Position numbers and translations under genes: made by a program. Of a stretch of 64,000 nt of DNA, positions 46,009 to 54,996 are shown piece after piece. A model generated the notes under the pieces. The model was given only the letters and a program-made list of their open reading frames with translations. It was not told the origin of the DNA and searched no databases. Within the stretch, counting starts at the first letter, position 1, and each line of letters begins with the position of its first letter. Origin of the DNA: Candidatus Aminicenantes bacterium (GTDB lineage: Bacteria; Acidobacteriota; Aminicenantia; Aminicenantales; Saccharicenantaceae); the NCBI GenBank assembly GCA_963727095.1, contig CAVSEQ010000001.1:18083-82082 (forward strand), in the 5' to 3' direction.

Positions 46009-49000
46009 ATGAAACGTTTGAAAACTTTCGGCCGCGTATCACTTTTCATGGCCCTGGTGGTCGTCCTGGCCGGGCCGTTTTCGGCGCAAAACGCGCCGCA
46101 GGATCAAACCCAGGCCTTTACGCGTCACCTCAAATGGCGCAGCATCGGGCCGGCCAACATGATCGGCCGCATTTCGGGCTTCGAAGCCCTGGAATCTGAT
46201 TTCACGCATGTCCTCGTGGCCGGGGCCTCGGGCGGCGTCTACAAATCCGTCAATGCCGGGACAACCTGGGAGCCGATTTTCGACAAGTACGGCTCAGCCT
46301 CGGTCGGTGACGTCAAGTTCTTTCAGAAGAACCCCAACATCATCTGGGTCGGCACGGGCGAATCCTGCGTCCGCAACAGCGTGTCGTGGGGTGACGGGAT
46401 CTACAAATCGACCGACGGCGGCAAGACCTTCACGCGGATGGGGCTCGAAACGACCCAAACGATTGGGCGCATCCGCACCCACCCGACCGATCCCAACATC
46501 GTCTATGTGGCGGCGTCGGGGCATCCCTGGGGATACACGGGAGACCGCGGCCTGTTTAAGACGACCGACGGCGGCGCGTCATGGACCAAGTTGACGAATG
46601 GACTCCCGAACGACGGCAAGACGGGCGCCGTGGATCTTATCATGGACCCGGCCAACCCCGATGTCCTATTCGTGTCGTTTTGGCAGCGCCTGCGCCAGCC
46701 CTGGCGCTTTGATTCGGGTGGGCCGAACGGAGGGATTTTCAAGACGACCGACGGCGGGGCGAGCTGGACGAAACTCACGGCCGGCCTGCCGTCCGGCGAC
46801 CTGGGCCGGATCGGGCTGGCCATTTCCCGTTCCAACCCCAAGGTCCTTATGGCCGTTATCGAGGCCGCCTTCCAGCCGCAAGCCCAGATCAGGACTCCCG
46901 ACAATCAGACAAAGCCCAATCCCGACTATTCCGACATGACCAAGCTCGGCACCGGCATCTACCGGTCCGAGGACGGGGGAGGGACGTGGCAATTCGTGAG
47001 CCGGACGAACAACCGGCCGTTCTACTACAGTCACATCTTCATCAACCCCGTCGAAGACAAGTGGGCCTACCTGTTGACGACGAACCTGAATTTTTCGAAC
47101 GACGGCGGCAAGACTTGGACAACGATGGGTGGTCTCCACCCCGATTTTCACGCCATGTGGCTCGATCCGACGAACCGGGACCGGTTCTTTGTCGGGCAGG
47201 ACGGGGGAGCGTCGCTCACGTATGACCACGGCAAGACGTGGCTTTTCTATGACAATATCACTTTCGCGCAATTCTATGCCGTGAGCACGGATATGCGGGA
47301 TCCCTACTACGTGTACGGCGGGCTCCAGGACAACGGCACGTGGGGCGGGCCGTCGATGAGCCGCGAAGGCACGATCCTGACCGATTTCTGGTTCAACATC
47401 GGGGGCGGCGACGGCTTCCATACTCAAAACGACCCGACCGACTGGAGAACGGCCTATTGCGAGAGCCAGAACGGCTCCGCCCTCCGCATGGATGTCGAAA
47501 CGCGGGAGTCGAAGGGCATCCGTCCGACGGCGGCGAACATCGTCAACTATAAAGATTTTTATCCCGAAGCAGCCGCGGCTCCCCCGGCCAAGCCGGGAGC
47601 GAAGCCGGCCGCCAAACCGGCCGCCAAGCCCGCCGGAAAGCCGGGGGCCAAAGCCCAGGCTGCGGCCGAAGGCGTGCCTTCGCCGGAAGAGCGGATGATG
47701 GGCATGGCCCAGCAGCGCGGACCTCTCCGGTTCAATTGGAGCACGCCCATCGTTCTCTCCCCGCACAATCCCCGGACGGTCTATATGGGCGGCAATCATC
47801 TCTTCAGGTCTGTGGACCGGGGCGACCACTGGCTGATCATCAGCCCGGATGTGACCACGAATGACAAGACCAAGTACGCACCCGCCAAGCCTACCGGCGG
47901 CCTGACTCCGGACGTGACCGGTGCTGAAACGTTCTGCACGATCATCACGATTTCGGAATCGCCGCTTGTTCCCGGTTTGATCTGGGTCGGCACGGACGAC
48001 GGCAACGTTCAGATGACGCGGAACGATGGGGCCCTGTGGACCAACGTTCGGCTGGCGATCCCCCGGGTTCCCAAAGGGACCTGGGTCAGCCGCGTCGAAT
48101 CGTCTCATTTCAACCCCGCCGCCTGCTTTGTCACATTTGACGGGCACCGCGGCGACGATTTCCATTCGTACGTGTTTAAGACGACCGATTACGGAAAGTC
48201 GTGGACCGACATCACCAACAACATCCCTGACGGCCATCCTGCTTACGTGATTCGGGAAGACTTGAAAAACAAGGATCTGCTGTTCCTGGGCACCGAATTC
48301 GGGGCCTATTTCAGCCGAGACGGCGGCCAGACCTGGATGAGCCTTTCGCTCAACATGCCGACGGTCGCGGTCCATGACCTTCTCATCCAGCCCCGGGACA
48401 ATGACCTGATCGCAGCGACTCACGGCCGCGGCATCTGGGTCATGGACGACATCACCGCCCTGAGGCAGGCGACGGACAGTGTCCTCGGACAGGATGCCGT
48501 CCTCTTCGACCAGACCAAGCCGGGCACACGCTGGCTCAGGATCGAGCGGGGAGGCTACGGCCGGGGCGATTTCTTTTTCAAAGGCGAAAATCCTGCAAGC
48601 GGCGCCCTCCTTCACTTCTTCCTCAGGGCCAAGCCCGCGACGCCGGGCACGCTCGAAATTTCCGACATCAGCGGCGTCAACAAGACGACCTACATCCTCG
48701 ATGCCGCCGACTCCGGCATCAACCGGATCGCGTGGGACTTGCGATTCGACCCGCCCCAGCAGACCGTCCAGGGAATCGCCGCGACCCTGAAGAAGCAGAT
48801 CGACGCAGCCCTGCTGCGCGCGGACCTGACGCCCGAGCAGAAAACGACGCTTCAGAATGCCGTTTCCGTCCTCGCGCAGTACGGGACGAATTTCAGGAAG
48901 GTCATGGAGGTCCAGCGCGGCGTGATGCCGATTCTCCGCGCCGGGATGGGATTCGGCGGTTTCGGCGGCATGGGATTCGGCCGGGGCATGGGCGGTCAGG

Positions 49001-49107
49001 CGGCCGAGCCGGGCGCCTATGTCGTCAAGCTGACCATCAGCGGCAAGAGCATGACGGGCAAGGTCACGGTCCGCCTCGATCCGATTCAGTCTGCTGCGTC
49101 GAACTGA
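46009..49107 (+). CDS. Secreted BNR/Asp-box repeat beta-propeller protein (sortilin/VPS10-like), paralog of 3379..6111, with AKP-repeat and Gly/Met-rich low-complexity insertions
   Basis: ATG 46009 with GGGAGG SD. Signal peptide MKRLKTFGRVSLFMALVVVLAGPFSA. Asp boxes STDGGKTF, TTDGGASW (twice), SEDGGGTW, SNDGGKTW, SRDGGQTW. PAKPGAKPAAKPAAKPAGKPGAK repeat (47570-47650) and GMGFGGFGGMGFGRGMGG (48940-49000). C-terminal GAYVVKLTISGKSMTGKVTVRLDP tail parallels the paralog. Confidence 0.75.
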   Translation: MKRLKTFGRVSLFMALVVVLAGPFSAQNAPQDQTQAFTRHLKWRSIGPANMIGRISGFEALESDFTHVLVAGASGGVYKSVNAGTTWEPIFDKYGSASVGDVKFFQKNPNIIWVGTGESCVRNSVSWGDGIYKSTDGGKTFTRMGLETTQTIGRIRTHPTDPNIVYVAASGHPWGYTGDRGLFKTTDGGASWTKLTNGLPNDGKTGAVDLIMDPANPDVLFVSFWQRLRQPWRFDSGGPNGGIFKTTDGGASWTKLTAGLPSGDLGRIGLAISRSNPKVLMAVIEAAFQPQAQIRTPDNQTKPNPDYSDMTKLGTGIYRSEDGGGTWQFVSRTNNRPFYYSHIFINPVEDKWAYLLTTNLNFSNDGGKTWTTMGGLHPDFHAMWLDPTNRDRFFVGQDGGASLTYDHGKTWLFYDNITFAQFYAVSTDMRDPYYVYGGLQDNGTWGGPSMSREGTILTDFWFNIGGGDGFHTQNDPTDWRTAYCESQNGSALRMDVETRESKGIRPTAANIVNYKDFYPEAAAAPPAKPGAKPAAKPAAKPAGKPGAKAQAAAEGVPSPEERMMGMAQQRGPLRFNWSTPIVLSPHNPRTVYMGGNHLFRSVDRGDHWLIISPDVTTNDKTKYAPAKPTGGLTPDVTGAETFCTIITISESPLVPGLIWVGTDDGNVQMTRNDGALWTNVRLAIPRVPKGTWVSRVESSHFNPAACFVTFDGHRGDDFHSYVFKTTDYGKSWTDITNNIPDGHPAYVIREDLKNKDLLFLGTEFGAYFSRDGGQTWMSLSLNMPTVAVHDLLIQPRDNDLIAATHGRGIWVMDDITALRQATDSVLGQDAVLFDQTKPGTRWLRIERGGYGRGDFFFKGENPASGALLHFFLRAKPATPGTLEISDISGVNKTTYILDAADSGINRIAWDLRFDPPQQTVQGIAATLKKQIDAALLRADLTPEQKTTLQNAVSVLAQYGTNFRKVMEVQRGVMPILRAGMGFGGFGGMGFGRGMGGQAAEPGAYVVKLTISGKSMTGKVTVRLDPIQSAASN

Positions 49108-49226
49108 CGGGGCTTTTTGCCGCAAGCACGGGGCGGCGCGGGAGCCGGCTTTTCTTTACCGCAGCGTTGTTGTATAAAGCATTTCTGAGCTTTGCCTTGG
49201 CCAGTATCCCCGCAAGGAGGCTATCG

Positions 49227-50813
49227 ATGTCCGGTTTACGCCGATATCGTACGATCGTTCTTGGCATGTTCATTCTCGCCGCGGCGGCTTTTCTGTCGGC
49301 CGCCAAGGAGCCGTCCAAGCCCGCCGCGCCGCCCGACCTCGACGCCTTGGTCGCGCGGGTGATGAAGGCCTTCGATGTTCCGGGAATTTCCCTGGCCATC
49401 GTCAAAGACGGTCAGGTCGTGGTCGCTAAAGGCTACGGGGTGCGCAAGGTCGGCGAACCCACGCCTGTGGACGGCAAGACGCTTTTCGGCATTGCCTCGA
49501 ACACAAAGGTTTTCACCGCCACCGCTTTGGGGCTCCTCGTTGAAGAGGGCAAACTGGCCTGGGATGCGCCGGTCATCAATTATCTGCCCTGGTTCGCGAT
49601 GTACGACCCTTTTGTCACGCGGGAAATCACGGTCCGCGATCTCCTCGTCCACAGGAGCGGACTGGGCCTCGGCGAGGGCGACCTGCTCTTCTGGCCGCCC
49701 ACGACATATGACCGGAAGGAGATTGTCCGGCGCCTGCGTTACATGAAGCCGGCGACCTCATTCCGCAGCGCCTATGCCTACGATAACCTGCTCTACTCCG
49801 TGGCCGGGGAGGTCATCGAGGCCGTCAGCGGCAAGACCTGGGAGAATTTCGTTTCCGAACGCATCCTGTCCAAGGTCGGGATGCTGTCGAGCAACGTCCG
49901 GCATTCCGCGGCGGCCGAAGCGGGCAACGTCGCTACGACGCATGCCGAGGTTGACGGCGTCCTCCGGATCGTCAAGCCGTCCACGAACGATAACACCAAC
50001 CCGGCGGGCGGGATCAATTCCTGCGCCGAGGACATGGCCAAGTGGATGCTGGTCCTGCTCCGCAAAGGGCAGCTTGCCGACGGCTCGCGGCTCTACAGCG
50101 AACGCACGTACCGTGAGCTCACGACCATCGTGACTCCCATGCCCTTCGGGAACCCGCCCCCGGAGCTCGCGCCTGCGAAGATGAACTTCAACGGCTATGC
50201 GTTGGGCCTGCACATCCGGGACTACCGCGGCCTGAAAGTCGTCACGCATACGGGGGGGCTCGCGGGCTACGTCTCCCAGGTCTGGCTCATCCCCGACGTG
50301 AACCTCGGAATCACCGTCCTCACCAACCAGGAATCGGATGAGGCCTTCGCCGCGCTGACGCTGTTCATTGCCGATTATTACCTGCAAGCGCCGAAGATGG
50401 ACTGGCTCGACGCCTATCTCAAGGTCAGGGCGAAGGAGGAGGCCCGGACGGCCGAGGTCCTGAAGAAGGCGGGCGCGGGGCGCGACGCGAATTCTAAGCC
50501 GTCCCTCGCACTCGAGAAATACGCAGGAAAGTACAACGACGCCTGGTACGGCGATATCGATATCGCCTTCGAAAGCGGCAAGCTTGTGATGCGCTTCACG
50601 AAGTCACCGGCCCTCGTCGGCGACCTGGAGCACTGGCAGTACGATACGTTTATTGTCCGCTGGCGCGACCGTGAGCTTCGGGCCGATGCGTACGTCACAT
50701 TTGCGCTCAATCCCGACGGCAGCATCAACCAGGCCAAAATGGTGCCGGCCTCGCCGGATGTCGATTTCAGCTACGATTTCCAGGACCTGTTGCTCAAGCC
50801 CGTGCGGAAATAG
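49227..50813 (+). CDS. Serine hydrolase, beta-lactamase/PBP (class C-like) family, secreted, with a C-terminal extra domain
   Basis: ATG 49227 with AAGGAGG SD. Signal peptide. SxxK motif IASNTK, YAYDNL (YxN), HTGG (KTG-like). 528 aa. Confidence 0.75.
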   Translation: MSGLRRYRTIVLGMFILAAAAFLSAAKEPSKPAAPPDLDALVARVMKAFDVPGISLAIVKDGQVVVAKGYGVRKVGEPTPVDGKTLFGIASNTKVFTATALGLLVEEGKLAWDAPVINYLPWFAMYDPFVTREITVRDLLVHRSGLGLGEGDLLFWPPTTYDRKEIVRRLRYMKPATSFRSAYAYDNLLYSVAGEVIEAVSGKTWENFVSERILSKVGMLSSNVRHSAAAEAGNVATTHAEVDGVLRIVKPSTNDNTNPAGGINSCAEDMAKWMLVLLRKGQLADGSRLYSERTYRELTTIVTPMPFGNPPPELAPAKMNFNGYALGLHIRDYRGLKVVTHTGGLAGYVSQVWLIPDVNLGITVLTNQESDEAFAALTLFIADYYLQAPKMDWLDAYLKVRAKEEARTAEVLKKAGAGRDANSKPSLALEKYAGKYNDAWYGDIDIAFESGKLVMRFTKSPALVGDLEHWQYDTFIVRWRDRELRADAYVTFALNPDGSINQAKMVPASPDVDFSYDFQDLLLKPVRK

Positions 50814-50834
50814 GGCCCCGCTCTTTTTTCCGGC

Positions 50835-50863
50835 TCGACAGACCGCGGCGGTTCTGGTATACT
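50835..50863 (+). promoter_or_regulatory. Sigma70-like promoter TCGACA-17-TATACT upstream of the YchF-like gene
   Basis: Seen directly, exact 17-bp spacer. ~140-nt leader. Confidence 0.3.
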
Positions 50864-51006
50864 AAGTCCATTCGTTTGAGGCATTTGAGCCTCGCCCTCA
50901 GCCGCCTTCCGGCGGACCCAAGAGGTCAAAAAGGCGAATACGATTTTACCGGCGTTCCGGCTCGTGAGGGCGCATAGGCGGAAACCGCGGGCCGGCCGGA
51001 GGAGAC

Positions 51007-52074
51007 ATGAAGATCGGGTTTATTGGACTCCCGAAATCGGGAAAGACAACGCTGTTCAACGCGCTGACGGGATCGTCGGCCGCGGTCTCGGCGTATTCGT
51101 CCGGCCGCGTCGGTCCCAATCTGGCCGCCGTCAAGGTCGGCGACGACCGCGTTACGCAGCTCTCCGCCATCTACCGGCCGAAGCGGATCGTCTACCCGAC
51201 GATCGACATCGTGGATTTCGCCGGGGTCAGCGAGGGCGATGCGCGTTCCGATGCCTTCTCCGGGGACATGATGAAGCTCGTGCGCACCTGCGACGCGGTG
51301 GCCGTCGTCCTGCGGGTGTTCGCAAACGACCTTCAGGGCGAACCGTCGCCGCTCGAAGACCTGAAAAAAATCGAGGACGAGCTTCTGATCGCCGACCTCA
51401 TCATCGTCGAGAAACGGCTGGAGAAAATCGAGGCCGGGCTTAAAAAGGGACTGGGGTCTGTGGCGCTGAAGGCCGAGGAGAAGGTCCTGCGCCGGATCGC
51501 CGGGGCGCTCAACGCCTGCCGTCCGGTCCGAGACCTGGACCTGGACCCGGACTCCCAAACCCTTGTCCGAGGCTTCCAGTTCCTGACAATGAAGCAGGTC
51601 TTGGTCATCCTGAACTCGCACGAGGCCCTCTTCGGCCGCAACGGCGCGGCCCTCGAAGCCATCGGCGCGCGCTACGGGGCCGTGGAGTTCGCCGGCGAGT
51701 TCGAAATGGAGCTCTCGCAGCTCGACGAGGATTCCGCACTGGCGTTCATGGAGGACCTGGGCATCAAGGAGTCGGCCCGCGACCGGCTGACGGCCCTGGC
51801 CTATGCCGCTCTGGGCTACATCAGCTTCTTCACGGTGGGCGACGATGAGGTCCGCGCCTGGAACGTCCGGCGGGACGCCACCGCCGTCGAGGCCGCGGCC
51901 GCCATCCATTCCGATTTGGCCCGGGGATTCATCGCCGCCGAATGCTTCAAGTACGAGGACTTGATCGCCTGGGGCTCCGAAAAGGCCGTCAAGGATAAGG
52001 GCAAGTTCCTTCTCGCCGGCAAGGATTACAGTGTCAAGGACGGCGACATCCTGAGCATCCGTTTCAACGTTTAA
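51007..52074 (+). CDS. YchF/Obg-family P-loop ATPase/GTPase with C-terminal TGS domain
   Basis: G1 GLPKSGKTTLFNALTG, G3 DFAGV. Coiled-coil insertion and a C-terminal TGS-like end (...KDGDILSIRFNV). 355 aa. Confidence 0.7.
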   Translation: MKIGFIGLPKSGKTTLFNALTGSSAAVSAYSSGRVGPNLAAVKVGDDRVTQLSAIYRPKRIVYPTIDIVDFAGVSEGDARSDAFSGDMMKLVRTCDAVAVVLRVFANDLQGEPSPLEDLKKIEDELLIADLIIVEKRLEKIEAGLKKGLGSVALKAEEKVLRRIAGALNACRPVRDLDLDPDSQTLVRGFQFLTMKQVLVILNSHEALFGRNGAALEAIGARYGAVEFAGEFEMELSQLDEDSALAFMEDLGIKESARDRLTALAYAALGYISFFTVGDDEVRAWNVRRDATAVEAAAAIHSDLARGFIAAECFKYEDLIAWGSEKAVKDKGKFLLAGKDYSVKDGDILSIRFNV

Positions 52075-52215
52075 GCCCTTCGCTCCGGCGGGCCGTTCGC
52101 CTGCCATGACCGCCGGCCAGCGCTTCCGTCCATCGTCAATCCACACAACCAACGGCGGAGACGGCTCACATTGACCTTCTCGACCGTTTTGGTGTAATAG
52201 CCCTCAACAGGGACC

Positions 52216-53433
52216 ATGCTCAGGCAAGTCAGGGACACATACCGCCAGGCCTATAGCGGCCTGCCGCGCCGGGCCTGGATTCTCTTTACCGTCAATCTCG
52301 TCAATTCGTCGGGAACGATGGTCATCTTCTTCCTTGTTCTGTACCTGACCAGAAAGCTCGGCTTTCGCCCGGCCCGGGCCGGACAAGCGCTGAGCCTCTA
52401 CGGATTCGGATCGTTGGGCGGCGCGTATCTCGGCGGCTGGCTGGCCGACCGCCTCGGCTCGATCACGGTTCAGAAGGCCAGTCTTATCATTTCCGGCTTC
52501 CTTCTCATCGTCCTCGGTCAGGTCCGTCAGCCATCCGTCATCTTTCCCCTGCTTTTTTTTCTGGCGCTCGCCTCCGGCTCGCTCTATCCCGCCAACGCCA
52601 CTTCGATGTCGCGCATCTGCCCGCCCGACCTCCGAGTCAAAGGCTTCGCCCTCAACCGGCTCGCCAACAACCTGGGCGCCACGATCGGCCCGGCTGTCGG
52701 CGGTCTTCTGGCCTTGCACGATTACAGGCTTCTCTTTTGGGGTGACGGCTTGACGTCCCTTGCCGCCGCCGCCGTTTTCGCACTCTTATGGAAGACGACG
52801 AATGGCGAAGCACAAACCGCAACGGCACCGGCGGCACCGAAGGCGCCGGCCGGGCGTTCGCCGTGGCGCGATCGCCCGTATCTCATTCTTACGGTCCTTT
52901 ACATCGTCTGGAGCTCGGTCTTTATCCAGGTCTTCACGACGTTCCCTCTCTACATGCGGAGTGTTTACGGCCTGGCCGAAAACCGGATCGGCCAGCTCCT
53001 CGCCGTCAATACGATCCTGATCGTCTTCCTGGAGATGATCCTTATGGAAAAGATCAGGAAATATCCGTCGACCCGGATGATCAACCTATCGTTCATCCTC
53101 CTCGGCGCGGGACTCGGCATCATGCCGCTCGGCCGCAGTTTTGCTTTCGGCGCCATGACCGTGGCCGTCTGGACGTTCGGAGAGATGCTGAGTATGCCCC
53201 TGATTACGGCTCTCATCGCCGCCAGGGCCGATGATGCGACGCGCGGGCGCTACATGGGAATTTTCAGCCTTGGTTTCTCCGTGGCCTTCATCATCGCCCC
53301 GACGGCCGGGACCGCGGTCTACAGCCGCTATGGAGGCGACGCGGTTTGGATCGGCTGCGCCGCCACATGCCTGCTGCTGGCCGGCGCCTTCTCACTCCTT
53401 CGGCCCGCCCTCGACAATCCGAACAGCCGCTGA
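52216..53433 (+). CDS. MFS transporter
   Basis: 12 predicted TM helices. MFS motif A-like loop (GGWLADRLGS). 405 aa. Confidence 0.75.
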   Translation: MLRQVRDTYRQAYSGLPRRAWILFTVNLVNSSGTMVIFFLVLYLTRKLGFRPARAGQALSLYGFGSLGGAYLGGWLADRLGSITVQKASLIISGFLLIVLGQVRQPSVIFPLLFFLALASGSLYPANATSMSRICPPDLRVKGFALNRLANNLGATIGPAVGGLLALHDYRLLFWGDGLTSLAAAAVFALLWKTTNGEAQTATAPAAPKAPAGRSPWRDRPYLILTVLYIVWSSVFIQVFTTFPLYMRSVYGLAENRIGQLLAVNTILIVFLEMILMEKIRKYPSTRMINLSFILLGAGLGIMPLGRSFAFGAMTVAVWTFGEMLSMPLITALIAARADDATRGRYMGIFSLGFSVAFIIAPTAGTAVYSRYGGDAVWIGCAATCLLLAGAFSLLRPALDNPNSR

Positions 53434-53552
53434 GCACGGAAGAGTGCAGGCACGCCTGATTGACTCGAACCGTGCGGCCGCGCATCGAGGATGCCGGTTT
53501 GAAATGGGGGATCGAGCCTCCTTCGCTTTGCCCCGGCCGCTGCCGTGCTGGT

Positions 53553-53581
53553 TTGACAGCCGGCGGCTCGGACGATATATT
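53553..53581 (+). promoter_or_regulatory. Sigma70-like promoter TTGACA-17-TATATT upstream of the URO-D-family gene
   Basis: Seen directly: ggtTTGACAgccggcggctcggacgaTATATTagc. Confidence 0.35.
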
Positions 53582-53669
53582 AGCGGACCGATCGCACTTT
53601 TCGCCGAGGCCCAATGACCTCTCTAAAAACGATCGCCGGCAAAACGCAGTCTGTCTATCGAGGTCTGGA

Positions 53670-54689
53670 ATGATCACCGAATTTGCCAAGTTCATCCTGA
53701 ACCGCCCGGACCGGCTGGCCGTCCCGATAGGCGTTTACGCCGGGCTGGAGCTCATCGGGGGCACGGTGCGGGACGCGGTCAGCAGGGCCGACGTTCAAAC
53801 CGATGCCGTCCTGGCGCTCCACGAGCGGTTCCGGACCCCCGTTCTCATGACGGCGATGGACCTCAGCGTCGAGGCCTCGGCCTTCGGCTGCGAGATTCGG
53901 ATGTCCGATGGTGAGATCCCCACGGTTCTGGGCCGAAAGGTCACCGGACCGGCGGATCTCGCCTCCCTGCCGGCGCCGAAACCGGGTGACGGCCGGACGC
54001 ATGTTCCCATCGAGGCGGCCCGGCGGCTCAAGAAAGCCGCTGCTTCGCCTGTCCTGGGCTGCATGATCGGCCCGTTCTCGCTCGCCGGCCGTATCTTCGG
54101 CGTGAGCGAAGCCCTCGAGGCGACCGCCCTGGATCCGGAGCCCGTCCTGGGGCTTCTCGAAAAGGTGACGGATTTTCAGATCGCGTACGCCCAGGCCTTT
54201 AGAGAAACGGGAATTGCGGGTGTCGTCATGGCCGAACCCGCGGCCGGGTTACTTTCGCCGGCCGGGCTGGGGCGCTTCTCGGCGCCCTTTGTCAAGCGGA
54301 TCGTCAAGGAAGTCCAGACGCGGGATTTTGCCATCGTCCTCCACAACTGCGGCGCGAAGCTGGTTCACTTGGACAAAGTCCTCGAGTCGGGCGCGGGGAT
54401 CTATCATTTCGGCGCGCCGATGGACATGGTGGAGGCTTTGGAGCGGGTCGCGGGGCGAGTCATCCTGGGCGGGAACCTCGACCCGGCCGCCGTTTTCCAT
54501 AACGGGACACCGGAGTCCGTGCGAACGGCGACCCTCGCACTTCTGGAGGCGACCAAGGACTATGAAAACTATTTTATCTCGTCCGGGTGCGATCTCGCGC
54601 CGGGAACCCCCTTGGACAATATCGAGGCGTTTTATAAGGCCATTGCCGATTTCAGCGGCCGCGGGCATACGGCGTATTGGCCGTCGTAG
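53670..54689 (+). CDS. Uroporphyrinogen decarboxylase (URO-D) family protein (possibly a methylcobamide:CoM-methyltransferase-like paralog)
   Basis: ATG 53670. 339 aa with URO-D-fold blocks (LVHLD, FISSGCDLAPGTPLDNIEAF). Could be HemE-like or MtaA-like; not resolved. Confidence 0.65.
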   Translation: MITEFAKFILNRPDRLAVPIGVYAGLELIGGTVRDAVSRADVQTDAVLALHERFRTPVLMTAMDLSVEASAFGCEIRMSDGEIPTVLGRKVTGPADLASLPAPKPGDGRTHVPIEAARRLKKAAASPVLGCMIGPFSLAGRIFGVSEALEATALDPEPVLGLLEKVTDFQIAYAQAFRETGIAGVVMAEPAAGLLSPAGLGRFSAPFVKRIVKEVQTRDFAIVLHNCGAKLVHLDKVLESGAGIYHFGAPMDMVEALERVAGRVILGGNLDPAAVFHNGTPESVRTATLALLEATKDYENYFISSGCDLAPGTPLDNIEAFYKAIADFSGRGHTAYWPS

Positions 54690-54885
54690 GATTCTGCTCG
54701 TCGCTTCGAAGGCCGCGCCTCTTGCCTGACCAATTCTTGGGGTCGGAGGCGGATGGCGGCCTCCCTCATTGCAGGTTTTTAACCCGTTCGCCGACGCTAA
54801 GCCCCGCCTTTCAATCCCCTTTGCGGGACGGAGGAATAGCGAACCCCCGCTTCGGGGACAGGCGCTCCAAAGCCTGCAAAAGTTG

Positions 54886-54985
54886 GATCCCACGGACGGA
54901 TCCCCCGGCTGCCATCAAGAGGCCGCCTTCGGCAGTCTCTTGATGACTGCGGGGGTTCAAGCCAACAGGATCCCCCGGCTGTCAG
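54886..54985. repeat. Structured repeat element: three direct copies of GGATCCC(A/C)CGG plus nested inverted repeats (CATCAAGAG...CTCTTGATG; CGGGGG...CCCCCG)
   Basis: Seen directly in the convergent intergenic region between the URO-D-like and fucosidase genes. Perfect 9-bp stem at ~54917-54949. Confidence 0.4.
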
Positions 54986-54996
54986 CTCGTGGAGCT

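Noticed and set aside
47570-47650. Short tandem DNA repeats (gccaagccc/gccaaaccg units) as a possible CRISPR or VNTR
   Set aside because: The units are 9 bp and in frame. They encode an (AKP)n low-complexity linker inside the BNR protein. There are no spacers and no cas genes.
46666-49125. 819-aa antisense ORF across the second BNR paralog
   Set aside because: Antisense artefact of a high-GC CDS with Asp-box motifs on the plus strand.
50814-50834. Intrinsic terminator after the serine hydrolase gene (GGGCCCCGCTCTTTTTTCC)
   Set aside because: A T-run is present, but I could not find a convincing complementary stem upstream of it. Left unannotated.
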